From assembly GCA_021513715.1 (NCBI GenBank), contig CP084167.1:416001-480000 (forward strand): a stretch of 64,000 nucleotides of DNA. The letters run 5' to 3'. Shown here piece after piece: positions 49,818-60,894 of this stretch. The notes beneath the pieces are model-generated. The model saw nothing but the letters and a program-made list of their open reading frames with translations, ran no database searches and was not told the origin of the DNA. Source of the DNA: Candidatus Heimdallarchaeum endolithica. GTDB lineage: Archaea > Asgardarchaeota > Heimdallarchaeia > Heimdallarchaeales > Heimdallarchaeaceae. The number at the start of each line of letters is the position of its first letter. Position 1 is the stretch's first letter. A program made the translations under genes and the position numbers.

Positions 49818-50888
49818 ATGAACAAGAGACTATACACCTATTTGACTATAACTGGAGTAATATTCCTGGTTCTTATGAGTTCTTTACCATTAACTTCTTT
49901 GGCAGACAAAGGAGATAATGTGAATGTTGGTAAAGATAATGGATCTTTTATTATTGATACTCCTTTGTTAAAGGTAAAACTTTTGAATAATAAACCAGAT
50001 ATTATGTTCTGGATAGCAAACGATACTGATTCTAATAAAAGAAAGCCTGTTCCTGCTTATCACATTGGATTTAAATATGTAGTAGAATTATTCGGGGATG
50101 ACTTAGTTGTAGATAATAGAACTGAACTCGGAGGAAAATCTTACAATTTAGCAACTATTGATTGGACCTTAACAACTGAAAATAAAACAGATGAAGTTAT
50201 TTCTACTTTATCTTCAGAAATTTTATCCAATGGTGCTACAATTAGTTTTATCTTTCATGTTTTTACAAAAGATACTACTGTAACAAGAGTGTTAAATGAT
50301 AATACTACAGTAACCTATGAAGTAAAAGCTCTATCAGAAATAAAATTTGATATTGTTGTTTCAAATTGGACCTTTACAGAAGGAGCAGTAGGATTGACTT
50401 TCGTTACAACAGTACATGAACTTGCTTATAGACATAGAGTAAGAGCAGGAAATGCTACACATACTCAAGGTGAAACAGAAGAAAGAAATAGCACTAAAAC
50501 TACTCCACGTGAAAAAAGAGACAATGACCCTGAAAAATGGGGTGTAGAATTTACTGACGATAAAGGCAATCTTCAAAGTTATTTTGCTTGGACACCTGAA
50601 GCTGATGTTTTTGATGCAGACGATAATTACTTGAAAACAGTCAATGTTACTGCTACAACTGCAGAAAGAGGTTTCAAAGAAAAAAAAGTTTCTAATAAAA
50701 AATTCGGAATTGATTATTTATTCTTATTTATTACTTATCCCAATTATGGAGATAATTTGAAATTAGTACATGACCCAACAATTGGAGTAGTAGAAACATC
50801 AAGCGGACTTCCTTGGGCAACAACTGCATCAATTGTCTTACCATTGGTAATTGTAGGCCTAATAGTAATAAATAGAAGAAGAAAGTAA
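49818..50888 (+). CDS. Secreted surface protein with C-terminal TM anchor
   Basis: Signal peptide, IKFDIVVSNWTF and YPNY..LVHDPTIG motifs, TM plus RRRK tail. Confidence 0.8.
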   Translation: MNKRLYTYLTITGVIFLVLMSSLPLTSLADKGDNVNVGKDNGSFIIDTPLLKVKLLNNKPDIMFWIANDTDSNKRKPVPAYHIGFKYVVELFGDDLVVDNRTELGGKSYNLATIDWTLTTENKTDEVISTLSSEILSNGATISFIFHVFTKDTTVTRVLNDNTTVTYEVKALSEIKFDIVVSNWTFTEGAVGLTFVTTVHELAYRHRVRAGNATHTQGETEERNSTKTTPREKRDNDPEKWGVEFTDDKGNLQSYFAWTPEADVFDADDNYLKTVNVTATTAERGFKEKKVSNKKFGIDYLFLFITYPNYGDNLKLVHDPTIGVVETSSGLPWATTASIVLPLVIVGLIVINRRRK

Positions 50889-51707
50889 TTATTCTTTGTT
50901 CTTCATTTTACTTTTTTTCTCTTTATTTATCTTTTTAGCGAATTCTAAGGCTTCTTTGTATCTCTCTATAGTTTCAACTTGTAACTCATCATCAGAGTCT
51001 AATTTGGTGATTTTTTCTCTAAGTGTTCTTATAAATAACTTGAGTTCCTCTTCAGGTAATTCATCAATTATCGTTTTCGCAAGAAAAATGTTAGCAGTAT
51101 CAACATTTGGAATATCTAACTCTAAAGGGTTTTTCTCCCATTCTTCAATAGAATAGGCTAATTGTTCTGTTCCTAAAAGGTCTATTATTTGATCTATCTT
51201 AAAAGGTACAAGTTCTTTAAATCTTTTAAATGCATTAGCATATTTTTCACTTTCTGCAATTCTTGTCTCAAAGAATCTATCAGTAGGAAATAGAATTTTC
51301 ACCGCACTTAAAGCAAAAGTTCCTGTCTGAAAAATCAAAATTAAAGACTTTGCTTCACTTGAATTTTCATTGTGGGTAGACAAAAAAGCTTTTTCTAATT
51401 TTTCTTTATTAGTTAGTTTCCATATTCTTCTTAATAATTTGATTTCAAAAGCCCCTTTAACTTTTTTATTTTTACTTTCAATAAATATTATGTAATCTTT
51501 TTTTCTAATAGTTCCAGTATAATTTTTTCTCAGTTGAGTTAGATCTACTTCTTCTCCTTCTTCTCTCCTTTCCTCAAAATAAAAAATAATTTTCTTCTCT
51601 TTGCTAATATAAAATTTTTTACTTTCAGTTACCTCTCTGTCTGTGTCTCTATGAAGTAAAATCTTCTCAAGAATAAAAGGAAGATTTTCTTTAGAAACAT
51701 TAGTCAT
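50889..51707 (-). CDS. Hypothetical protein
   Basis: 272-aa ORF with host-like composition, no motif recognised. Confidence 0.7.
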   Translation of the reverse strand: MTNVSKENLPFILEKILLHRDTDREVTESKKFYISKEKKIIFYFEERREEGEEVDLTQLRKNYTGTIRKKDYIIFIESKNKKVKGAFEIKLLRRIWKLTNKEKLEKAFLSTHNENSSEAKSLILIFQTGTFALSAVKILFPTDRFFETRIAESEKYANAFKRFKELVPFKIDQIIDLLGTEQLAYSIEEWEKNPLELDIPNVDTANIFLAKTIIDELPEEELKLFIRTLREKITKLDSDDELQVETIERYKEALEFAKKINKEKKSKMKNKE

Positions 51708-51907
51708 AGATGAACGTTTCTGTACAAGCTTTTTAAAGGTTAACCAAAAGAAGATAGAATAATGTAGAAGAAAAGATAGAACATTCTATTGGTTATTAGT
51801 TCTAAGAAGTTTGAAAAAAAAAGAATTATGTTTAAATTATTAAAACTTACTATGAACTTAACTTGATAGAAGAAAAATATGAAAAGAAAATCAATTTTGT
51901 CTTTTGC

Positions 51908-53257
51908 TTACTTTTGACAAAATTCTTCGAAAACTTTGAATAGATATAGCTGTTTGATGTACCAGTCATGATAAGGTTTAGGAGCATATTCTTCAGGAAT
52001 TTTAGAATAATGATTAAAGATATAGTTTATTTTTCTCAATCCATTTAGAAATATGTATGTAGTTTTAATATCTGACAAACCCTTGAAAAATTTCATCAAA
52101 AAGTCTAAAACTGTGGGTTTGGGATATTTATTATCTAAAATTCTGTTTATTTCTGTTTTTGAAATTAAACCTCTTTTGAATAAAAAGAGTAATTTATCTT
52201 TTTCAAAGCTTAAAATATGCGTTCTAAAAGCCTCTAAAGCTGCAAGGTGTTTTCCAACTAACTTGAAAAATTCAGTATGATAATTCCATAATCGATAAAT
52301 AGAAGCTTCTCTCCTTTGTAAGGCTTCTAACAAAACTTTAGAAATAATGCTTAATGCGATAAGTGCTGGACCAGATCCCTCTATATTGAAAGGGTTTATC
52401 TGAAATGCTGCTTCTCCAATAGATAGAAAACCATACCATGCTAGAGTTATTGGTCTTCTTGCAACAGATTTATCTGAATAAGAAATGATCGGAGAAATGT
52501 TGATTCCTTTTGATTTGTTTATTATCTCGTTAGTTACAGCTTTTGCTTTTCTTTTAGTTAATTTTTTATTAAGAACTGTGAAAAAAGAAATAGTTTTGTT
52601 TTCTTTTTCGATTCTTGAGTAAAATTCTCTATCAAAGAAATAGTAGAAAGCATTGTTTTCTAATTCGATTTCATTAAGTAATTTCTCTTTTTGTTCAATT
52701 TTATTTTGAGAATAAAAAGTTTCAACATATTTTTTTGATGAGATTTTGGTGTTTAGGTCAAGTATTTCTATATTTTTTGTTAATATTCGTTCTACTCCAG
52801 AACAATCTACAATGATTCTTCCATTAATTATTTTGCCATCTTTCGTTTTGACCCCAATAACCCATTGTCCTCTTCCAACAGGATCAGTAATTTCTGTATC
52901 AAAACTGAATTTTGCTCCAGATTTAGCTGCACTATCAACCATAAAGTTAACATATTCTTGAAGATTAAACTTCACATAATCTCTTTTTGGTAAAGGAAAA
53001 ATTTGACTTAAATCACTAAAAGAAAAGAATACTTTTCTAGTAACTTTTTTTGCTTTTTTATAGGTTTGGAGGAATTTAGAAGAATTGTATGTATTTATAT
53101 CTACGTACTGTTGTTGATTTCTTCCTATTTCTTCTTTTTTCTTTTTTTCAAAAACAATAACTTTCTTTCCTGCTATAGCTAAATTAAAAGCTAAAGTTGC
53201 ACCTGTAAAACCAGAACCTACAATTATTACATCATACTGTTCTTCTTTTTTTGACAT
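51908..53257 (-). CDS. FAD-dependent oxidoreductase, geranylgeranyl reductase-like
   Basis: YDVIIVGSGFTG Rossmann motif, IVDCSG, IGEAAFQINP..GSG, LWNY. Confidence 0.8.
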   Translation of the reverse strand: MSKKEEQYDVIIVGSGFTGATLAFNLAIAGKKVIVFEKKKKEEIGRNQQQYVDINTYNSSKFLQTYKKAKKVTRKVFFSFSDLSQIFPLPKRDYVKFNLQEYVNFMVDSAAKSGAKFSFDTEITDPVGRGQWVIGVKTKDGKIINGRIIVDCSGVERILTKNIEILDLNTKISSKKYVETFYSQNKIEQKEKLLNEIELENNAFYYFFDREFYSRIEKENKTISFFTVLNKKLTKRKAKAVTNEIINKSKGINISPIISYSDKSVARRPITLAWYGFLSIGEAAFQINPFNIEGSGPALIALSIISKVLLEALQRREASIYRLWNYHTEFFKLVGKHLAALEAFRTHILSFEKDKLLFLFKRGLISKTEINRILDNKYPKPTVLDFLMKFFKGLSDIKTTYIFLNGLRKINYIFNHYSKIPEEYAPKPYHDWYIKQLYLFKVFEEFCQK

Positions 53258-53383
53258 TAATCAAACTTTTAGATTAAATTATTTGAACATTTTCTATTAA
53301 TTTGTTATCGATTTGATCTTTGTAAAATATCGACGTAATAATTTAACTCTTAAGAAAGTTAAGAAAAAAAATATGTTAGAGCT

Positions 53384-54013
53384 TTAAGCTGTTCCTCCAG
53401 TAACTAATTCCAGCATGAAAGTTAAAAGGGCTAGAATAAGTATAGCAGGAAGAATTTTTAAAGCATAGATTACTTTATTTTCTTTTGAAATTGCCCCTAA
53501 AAGCATACCTAAAACAATCACTTCAATGACAATTAAACTTATTGAAATAATATATCCTATTTGCATATTAAAGGCTTTTACTAAAACTAACAAGAATGGT
53601 GAAATAGATATAGAAGCAAAGAGAAATGGTGATAGACCATCTACCGCTGAAATAATCCATGAAACCTTTAAATTAGCTTTTGCAAGTCTAGTATTGTTAA
53701 GGTCAGTTATCATATCAGCTTCTAAATCTTTAATCTCTTTTGTTCTTTCTGCTCGTTCAGTAAGATAGGCAATCCAAAAACCTGATATTCCCATAGCCAT
53801 TGAAGCACTAATTCCTAGAATCAATAATGTTTTAGCTGCAATAATATCTTGTTCTGGAGTTCCAGACTTGAATCCATGAGCAATCATTGAACCTATAATT
53901 AGTCCTAAAGCAGTTAAAGCTCCATCAAAACCATTCATCACAAAATACCTGCGAAGGATATTTTCTCCTCCAGTTAAGGTGAGAATTTTACCTATATCAT
54001 TATCACTTTTCAA
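53384..54013 (-). CDS. VIT1/CCC1-family Fe/Mn transporter-like protein
   Basis: RRYFVMNGFDG, AMGISG..AYLTERAER, VDGLSP. Confidence 0.85.
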   Translation of the reverse strand: MKSDNDIGKILTLTGGENILRRYFVMNGFDGALTALGLIIGSMIAHGFKSGTPEQDIIAAKTLLILGISASMAMGISGFWIAYLTERAERTKEIKDLEADMITDLNNTRLAKANLKVSWIISAVDGLSPFLFASISISPFLLVLVKAFNMQIGYIISISLIVIEVIVLGMLLGAISKENKVIYALKILPAILILALLTFMLELVTGGTA

Positions 54014-54167
54014 TTTTATATTCCCAAAGAAAACTTCTAAAATATTTTTATTAAATTCTTTAAAGATTTTTCGGAATGAATGTTTTTTTTAAAAAAAAGT
54101 TACTTTTTCACTTTCAAACAAGTGTCTAAAAAAGATTTTAAATAGTATAAGTTCTAAAAAATTAAAG

Positions 54168-55481
54168 ATGCAAACTTTCTTCGACTCAGCTTTAGAAGCA
54201 GAATTTAACAAAATCTACAAAAAGTTAAAAGAATTAGAACGAAAAGATGATGATAAGTATCAAAGTGACTTGTCTTTCTTACTTGATCATTTTAGGATTT
54301 TCGAACCACTTGATACTACGTGTAAAAGAGAGGATTTTAGCGTTTCTGCAGTAGATGGGAGTGGAGCTAGCGATTTAATTAAGTTAAATAATATTTCTGT
54401 ACATCTCATCACAGCAGGTTTTTCTGCAGATCTGACTGACTTTAAAAAAGGAACAACGATTGAGTTGGATATTAGACCAGAGATATCTACTTATCCTAAT
54501 GGAGTAACTAAACTAGTTTTAATTAGAGAAGATGAAGAACTTGAAGTATGGGAGGAGATTATAAATTTTGTTAGAGATAATTATGGAAAAGAGCCAAAAG
54601 AAATAGTTTTTGATGTCCTTAGGAACATGGTTTTAAGAAAAATGGAAAATGAAGGAAAAGATATTTCTAAAATAAAAATAAAAAATACTTTTGAACTACT
54701 GCAGCAAGCTAAACTTGCAGGTTTTACTCTTTATAATAAACCAATAGATAAATTCCATGAATGGATGATAAGCCCAAGACCTCAAACAGGTTGGTATGAC
54801 CAGTTTAGAGAAATTTTAGAATATTCTCTTGCTTATTCTATTTTAAAAACTGAAAAGCAGATAAAATATCTATTTATTGATGGTTCAATGAACATGCTTA
54901 TCTCAAGGAATCATAATCAACCAAGACTTATATCTAACTATCTTTTACGTGATTTATGTACAGAAGCTCTAAAACGTAAAACATGTGTAGTAGCTGTAAG
55001 TAAGACAACTACTTTTCCTTTTATTTACAAAATAGCTCAAGATGTACGAATTCATCTTAAAGGAGAAAAAAAATGGTTTTTCCGTGTTTCTTCTAAGGAA
55101 TTAGGAGAAACTCCTCTTCGATTGTTAGAAGGTAAAAGTATTCCTCCAGAGAACGCTATTACTTATCTTTTCCATTTTTCAGCAGATTTACCTGTTTTAA
55201 GGATAGATTTTGATTTAGAGTGGTGGAAAAAGAATATTTATTCAGAAAATAACGAAAAAGAGAAAGAGAGAGAAATAGAACTTTTCAAAGAAATTGATTG
55301 GTTGTCTCGAGATGTAAGATATCATGGTTACCTTTTTGATCTTGCATTCTCTCATTTTAATGCTTTAATAACCTTTAAAGAGAGAGACTTAATTGCAGAT
55401 AGATTGATAGATTTCTTCACTGAAAAAGGTGAAGACCCAAGGAGATATATACACCCAAGAAAAAGATTAGGATTGATGTAA
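54168..55481 (+). CDS. nurA: NurA 5'-3' nuclease
   Basis: AVDGS, IDGS, AVSKTT and GY..L..SH motifs, plus operon context. Confidence 0.88.
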   Translation: MQTFFDSALEAEFNKIYKKLKELERKDDDKYQSDLSFLLDHFRIFEPLDTTCKREDFSVSAVDGSGASDLIKLNNISVHLITAGFSADLTDFKKGTTIELDIRPEISTYPNGVTKLVLIREDEELEVWEEIINFVRDNYGKEPKEIVFDVLRNMVLRKMENEGKDISKIKIKNTFELLQQAKLAGFTLYNKPIDKFHEWMISPRPQTGWYDQFREILEYSLAYSILKTEKQIKYLFIDGSMNMLISRNHNQPRLISNYLLRDLCTEALKRKTCVVAVSKTTTFPFIYKIAQDVRIHLKGEKKWFFRVSSKELGETPLRLLEGKSIPPENAITYLFHFSADLPVLRIDFDLEWWKKNIYSENNEKEKEREIELFKEIDWLSRDVRYHGYLFDLAFSHFNALITFKERDLIADRLIDFFTEKGEDPRRYIHPRKRLGLM

Positions 55482-55492
55482 AAGGTGAAAAA

Positions 55493-57373
55493 ATGGTAGA
55501 ATTAAAATTAAATGAACCTATAGGAATATTGGCAGAAGGAGATATCTCTTCTTTGAAAGTGATATCAAAAGATATTAGATACCAAGTTGGAGAAATACTT
55601 ATTATCACCCATCCTGAAACTCCAGAAATTTATCTATTTAGGGTGATGAATTATGAAAATATTCTCCGATCGAGTTCTGATATGAGTTATGTTGCTTCAA
55701 ATATTTTGAAGAATAGAACAGCATATATTGCAAGGGTAGAAAATGAAAAAATGGTAAAAGTATCTGGAATTTTAATGGGTTACTCCCTTTATGATGAAAA
55801 AAAGAAACAATGGATTTTGTATAAACCTCGCTCTCTTCCTCCTCATTTTTCATATGTTTATAGAGGGTCAGATTGTAAAGCTGCTCTACAAGATCTTTTA
55901 TGGTCAGAATTTGGTAATGATATAGAAATAGGAAAACTACAAGTTGGTGCTACAACTTTAGATATCCCAATTAGACTAGATGTAGAAGCTCTTCCAATGC
56001 ATGTTCAAGTTGCAGGAACAACAGGTGCAGGAAAATCATTTTTCATGTTGACAATGATTGCTTCTAGTCTTAAAAACAATATAATCAATGCTTTGAAAGC
56101 TCAAAAAGCAAGTTCTATTAACAAGAAAATTTCTTTCTTCATGGTAGATGTACATGATGAATATATGAGAGGAATGAAAGAACCTGAATCAAATGAAAGG
56201 TATGGAATAAAAGATATAGCTGAAGCAAGCTTAAAGCAGGATAAAGATATTTACAACATTCTATTTGGAAAGAATTTCTATCTTACTTCTGATATGGAAA
56301 GTGTAGAGAAAGATATGCAAAAGTATGCTAAAGCCTTACGTTTTAGGCTTGAAGATATAGAGGTAAGTGACATCATTTCAGTAATGGAAGTAACTGACCA
56401 AATGGCTTCTTTTATGTTTTGGGTCAAGTCACACTATGAAGATTGGATATCAACAATTGTTCAACTAGGAGAAGAAGATGACCAAGGAGGATTTTCTAAA
56501 GGAACAGTAAATGCAGTAAAAAGAAGACTCAGAAGTATATATAACTCACCAATTTTTAGAGAGTCGAGAACTATTACAACTTCTGATGATAAAGACAAAG
56601 AACAATCAAATGTTAGTTTTAGTGATTTAGCAGAAATTGTATATAATTTAGAACAAGGACATTTCTATAATTTTAGTTCAGCACTATTAAGTTCGACAGA
56701 ACAATTCATTGTCTTAACTATGCTAGCAAGAACAATTTTTGCATTAAGACAATCTTTAATGTCTTCTACAAGATGGTCTCAGTTTGAAAAGCAAGTAGAG
56801 TCAAGATTACCAAGACAAATAAGCAACGAATTACTAGGAAAAACAAGTTCTTCTTTTTCAATAAAGGATCTCTATATTAAAAATAAGGAAGGAAACGACT
56901 ATATTCTTAAAAAAGTGAATGAACTTCCTGTAATTCTTCTCACAATTGAAGAAGCTCCAAGTATTTTAGGAGTACAGATGTCTAAACAAGGAAATGTGTT
57001 TGTTGATATTAGTAGACAAGGAAGAAAGTTTGGAATAGGTATGTTACTTATTACTCAAAATATTTCAGCAATGGAACCCTTAATTTTAGCTAACACAAAC
57101 ACTGAGATAAATATGATGCTTGGAAATGAAATAGAGATAAAACAAGCAATTATCAACGCCAGTAACAATATTACAGGATATGAACATGAGTTTAGAGTAC
57201 TAAATAGAGGGGAAGCTATAGTTACTAACTCTTTACGAAATATACCTATGCCTGTGAAAATACACAATGCCCCAGTCATAATTAAAGAGAACTTGTCTTT
57301 CTTTGAAAATCCTTATGATTGTTTGAAAATAAAGAAAGAAAAAAGGATATCAAAAGATATCCCTCTGCTTTAG
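55493..57373 (+). CDS. herA: HerA helicase/ATPase
   Basis: HAS-barrel N-terminus, HVQVAGTTGAGKS, DVHDEY, IEEAP, RQGRKFG. SD AGGTGA upstream. Confidence 0.92.
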   Translation: MVELKLNEPIGILAEGDISSLKVISKDIRYQVGEILIITHPETPEIYLFRVMNYENILRSSSDMSYVASNILKNRTAYIARVENEKMVKVSGILMGYSLYDEKKKQWILYKPRSLPPHFSYVYRGSDCKAALQDLLWSEFGNDIEIGKLQVGATTLDIPIRLDVEALPMHVQVAGTTGAGKSFFMLTMIASSLKNNIINALKAQKASSINKKISFFMVDVHDEYMRGMKEPESNERYGIKDIAEASLKQDKDIYNILFGKNFYLTSDMESVEKDMQKYAKALRFRLEDIEVSDIISVMEVTDQMASFMFWVKSHYEDWISTIVQLGEEDDQGGFSKGTVNAVKRRLRSIYNSPIFRESRTITTSDDKDKEQSNVSFSDLAEIVYNLEQGHFYNFSSALLSSTEQFIVLTMLARTIFALRQSLMSSTRWSQFEKQVESRLPRQISNELLGKTSSSFSIKDLYIKNKEGNDYILKKVNELPVILLTIEEAPSILGVQMSKQGNVFVDISRQGRKFGIGMLLITQNISAMEPLILANTNTEINMMLGNEIEIKQAIINASNNITGYEHEFRVLNRGEAIVTNSLRNIPMPVKIHNAPVIIKENLSFFENPYDCLKIKKEKRISKDIPLL

Positions 57374-57406
57374 GAATTGAATTAAGAATAATGTATATTA
57401 AAGAAG

Positions 57407-58687
57407 GTGCAACTAGTGGTAAAAATAGCCCATATATCTGACACTCATTTATCACATCGAAGAATAAGAAATGTAAGAGATAGTTGGAAAGAGCGATATA
57501 GAGTGAGTTGGATAGAAAATGATTTCTCATTGGCTTTTCAAAGAGCTTTAGATGCTGCAATTGAAACAAAATGCGATTATCTAGTTCATTCAGGAGATTT
57601 GTTTGATGTTCCAGTAAAGAGGAATACCACTTCTCCTACAGAATATGCTAGAGCAATAGCAATAAGTGAAATTAGAAGATTTTTGGAAGCTACAAATTTC
57701 AGAGTTCCTATAATTATTATCGATGGGAACCACGGTACTTATCTATACAGAAACAATAGCACATTAGAATTCATAAAGTCTGCTTTTCCTGAAAACATAT
57801 TTATTGCTACAAACTATGATCTTAAGCGTGCAATAGTAAAGAAAGAACCATTGAAAGTGGAATTTGAAGAGATCAATTTCTATTTATTCCCCTATTTAGA
57901 ATTTAAATCTATCCCCAAATATGAGGAACTTTATGATACATGGATTAGCCAATGCCAAGAACCAGAAGAAGGTAAAATGAATGTTGCAGTTGCTCATGGA
58001 ATGTTTAAAAACTATGATTTACATGAAAGATTATTTTCTTTTCCTTATGATTATGTAGCTCTTGGACATGACCACCAACAAAGGAAATATGCTCCAAATG
58101 CTTGGCAAGCAGGGAGTACAGAAAAATATACTTTTGCAGAACGAGGGCAAGAAAAAGGTATTCTGGAAGTCATTATTAAAAAAGAAAAGGAAATAGAAGT
58201 TAATCCAATAAAAATTGTTAGTCAAAGAGAAATGAAGCAATTTGAGGTAGAATTGAGTTCAGATATGAGTGCATTAACAGTAGAAGAAAAAATAAGGGAA
58301 ATTGTGGTTAATTATAGGCGTAATTTTGATGGTAATACAGCTTCTAGAATAAAAGTAAAGTTAAAAGGAAAAACTTCTCTCTCTTATTGGTGGACAATAG
58401 AAGATCGTTTAGCAGAAATACAGAAAAATGTTTTAACTGAAGAATATAACATTCTTGAATTCAGGTGGGATGAAAGCGAGTTAAAAAAATCTATTCCTCA
58501 AAGTTTAGCAAAAACTCCTCAAATGGATCAATATCTAATAGAAGATCCAGTTAAGGATTTTATTAATTATTTAAAAAACCTAGAAATAGATGATGACATA
58601 AAATTTGAACAATATGCTAAACTGGGGCCAGAAATAATTAAGGAAGTTTTTAGTGAAGGAATAATTTCTTCGAAGGAGGAGTTATAA
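57407..58687 (+). CDS. mre11: Mre11/SbcD nuclease
   Basis: HISDTHL, SGDLFD, GNH, AHG, YVALGHDH, GSTE. Confidence 0.92.
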   Translation: MQLVVKIAHISDTHLSHRRIRNVRDSWKERYRVSWIENDFSLAFQRALDAAIETKCDYLVHSGDLFDVPVKRNTTSPTEYARAIAISEIRRFLEATNFRVPIIIIDGNHGTYLYRNNSTLEFIKSAFPENIFIATNYDLKRAIVKKEPLKVEFEEINFYLFPYLEFKSIPKYEELYDTWISQCQEPEEGKMNVAVAHGMFKNYDLHERLFSFPYDYVALGHDHQQRKYAPNAWQAGSTEKYTFAERGQEKGILEVIIKKEKEIEVNPIKIVSQREMKQFEVELSSDMSALTVEEKIREIVVNYRRNFDGNTASRIKVKLKGKTSLSYWWTIEDRLAEIQKNVLTEEYNILEFRWDESELKKSIPQSLAKTPQMDQYLIEDPVKDFINYLKNLEIDDDIKFEQYAKLGPEIIKEVFSEGIISSKEEL

Positions 58688-60819
58688 TGAAAATTCTTTG
58701 GATACACATGGAGAATTTCAAATGCTATAGCAATGAAAGAATTCCTGAAACTGGTGTTCTTCCAAAAGGGTTAATTTTAGTGGAAGGAGATAATTCAGTA
58801 GGAAAGACTTCTCTATTTGATGCTATTTATTATGCTCTTTTTTACGAACCTACAAAAGACAAAGCAATTTTAGGTACAAAAGATATGCTTGTTAAAAGAG
58901 GAGAAAAAGAAACTATTGTAGAAGTTGCTTTTGAAATAATGAATAAATCTTTTGTAGTGCAAAAGCAGCATGGAATGTCTACTCCTCTAAAAGTTTTTTT
59001 GCTTCAAATAGACGGAGAAAAAGCTGAAAAAGGAGAATTTGCAAATCCTAGAAAAATAGCAGAAGGTCTAGAAGATGTAAATAGAAAATTGTTTGAACTG
59101 TTAAACATCACAAGTGAAAGTGTATTGAGTACTCTAATAGTAAATCAAGGAGAAGTTCAAAAACTAGCAGAAGCAAAAGGAGCAGAACTTAGAGATATAA
59201 TCTACAAACTTTTTCACTTAGATGATATAAGAGAAAAATTGAAACGTGTAATAAATAAAAAAATGGCACTTTTGGATGAAGAATGGGAAAAATACAAGAT
59301 AGAACGGACTACAGAAAATATTCTTGATGAGATTAAAGAACTAGAAACAGAAAAAGTAAAGAAAGAGGAAGAATTGGAAAAAGCAAAAAAAGAGTCAGAG
59401 GAACTAGAAAAGAAAATAGCTAAATATCCTATAGTTTCAGAAATACAATCAATAAGCAATATTTTAACTCAAATACAGCAAATTAGAGAGAATATAAAGA
59501 ACCAAGAAAAGATCGTAAAACAAAAGATTGAATCTTTGGAAATCAAAGAATTAATACAAGAAGAAATAAAAAATAAAATTATTGAAAAAGAGAAGATTAT
59601 TCAAGAAACAAATAATACTATAGAAGAATTGAGAAAAAAGAGAGATAAAGTACAAAAAAAGTTGCATATTCTCCAAAAAGACTTGAATGAAATTAGAGAA
59701 AAAATCAAAAAATTGGAAAGTCATGAAGTTGGACATGAAGAAGAATTTACTTGTGAATTGTGCGAGCAAACAATGCCATATTCAAAATATAAAGAACTAG
59801 TAGAAAGTAAAAAACAGTCGATTTCTAATATTCAAAAAGGAATAAAAAGAAGAGAAGAAGAGAAAAAAGATATTGAAAAACAGATAGAGAAAGAGAGTAA
59901 AACTATAATTCAACTAAAAGATTTCATTTCTTCGCTCAAAAATGTAAATGAACAATTAGAAATTCTAGAAAGTAATAAGAATGAACTGGAAACAAAAGAA
60001 AATAAATTAAAGTCACAACTTATAAAATTCAATGTTCAATCTGTAGATGAACTTTCAAAAAAATATGCTGTTGAAAAATTCGAAGAATTCTTTTCAATTA
60101 TTAATGAATTAAATTCTAGTAAAGCTAGTCTGGAAGCATCAGTTAAACATTTAAATAAAGTTATTGAAAACTTGATTAAAAGAAAAAGCCAACTAGAAAA
60201 AGAAATAGAGAAAAATAGGAAAAAAGAAGAAAAACAAGAGAGTATTCTACAAGAAAAGGCAGCTCTAAAAGATGTGGAAGGAGTAGTTTCTAGTTTTATT
60301 GCTGAAGAACTTATTTCTAACCGTCTTCTTGCAGGAATACAACAAACGACTAATCCTAATATAAACTTGTTTACAAGAGGAAAATATTCAGAGATATATC
60401 TAGAAGCAACAACCAAAAAAACTTTGAGACTAAGTATATTAGACCAAGAAGAAGAATTTGTGAAAAATCAAGAGTTTTTATCTGGAGGAGATAAAGCGGC
60501 GATAGGACTAGGATTAAGATTAGGTATAAGCGAACTGTTAAAACAAATCAGACCATTCAAAGATTCTCCACATAATCCACCAAGAATGGACATAATGATT
60601 CTAGATGAACCACTAGGTTCTCTTGACAATGAAAGAAGAAAGAAAGTTCTAGAAGGATTGCTTATACAGAAAAAATTCAACCAGATTTTCCTAATTACGC
60701 ATACAAATATTAGAGAAGAACTTCGAGCTCCTTCAATTAGGGTAAGTAGAACAGAAAAGGGAAGTTCTACAACCTATTTTCCTGCACCAAGTGAAATAGA
60801 AATAGAATCTGAAGAATAA
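58687..60819 (+). CDS. rad50: Rad50/SbcC ATPase
   Basis: ENFK, GDNSVGKTS, NQGE, zinc hook CELC, LSGGD, ILDEP, ITH. Confidence 0.92.
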   Translation: MKILWIHMENFKCYSNERIPETGVLPKGLILVEGDNSVGKTSLFDAIYYALFYEPTKDKAILGTKDMLVKRGEKETIVEVAFEIMNKSFVVQKQHGMSTPLKVFLLQIDGEKAEKGEFANPRKIAEGLEDVNRKLFELLNITSESVLSTLIVNQGEVQKLAEAKGAELRDIIYKLFHLDDIREKLKRVINKKMALLDEEWEKYKIERTTENILDEIKELETEKVKKEEELEKAKKESEELEKKIAKYPIVSEIQSISNILTQIQQIRENIKNQEKIVKQKIESLEIKELIQEEIKNKIIEKEKIIQETNNTIEELRKKRDKVQKKLHILQKDLNEIREKIKKLESHEVGHEEEFTCELCEQTMPYSKYKELVESKKQSISNIQKGIKRREEEKKDIEKQIEKESKTIIQLKDFISSLKNVNEQLEILESNKNELETKENKLKSQLIKFNVQSVDELSKKYAVEKFEEFFSIINELNSSKASLEASVKHLNKVIENLIKRKSQLEKEIEKNRKKEEKQESILQEKAALKDVEGVVSSFIAEELISNRLLAGIQQTTNPNINLFTRGKYSEIYLEATTKKTLRLSILDQEEEFVKNQEFLSGGDKAAIGLGLRLGISELLKQIRPFKDSPHNPPRMDIMILDEPLGSLDNERRKKVLEGLLIQKKFNQIFLITHTNIREELRAPSIRVSRTEKGSSTTYFPAPSEIEIESEE

Positions 60820-60894
60820 TTTTATTCCTTTTTATTTACTTTTTTTGAGAATAATATTTATATCTAAAAATGGAAATGTTCTCTAGGGTTTGAA

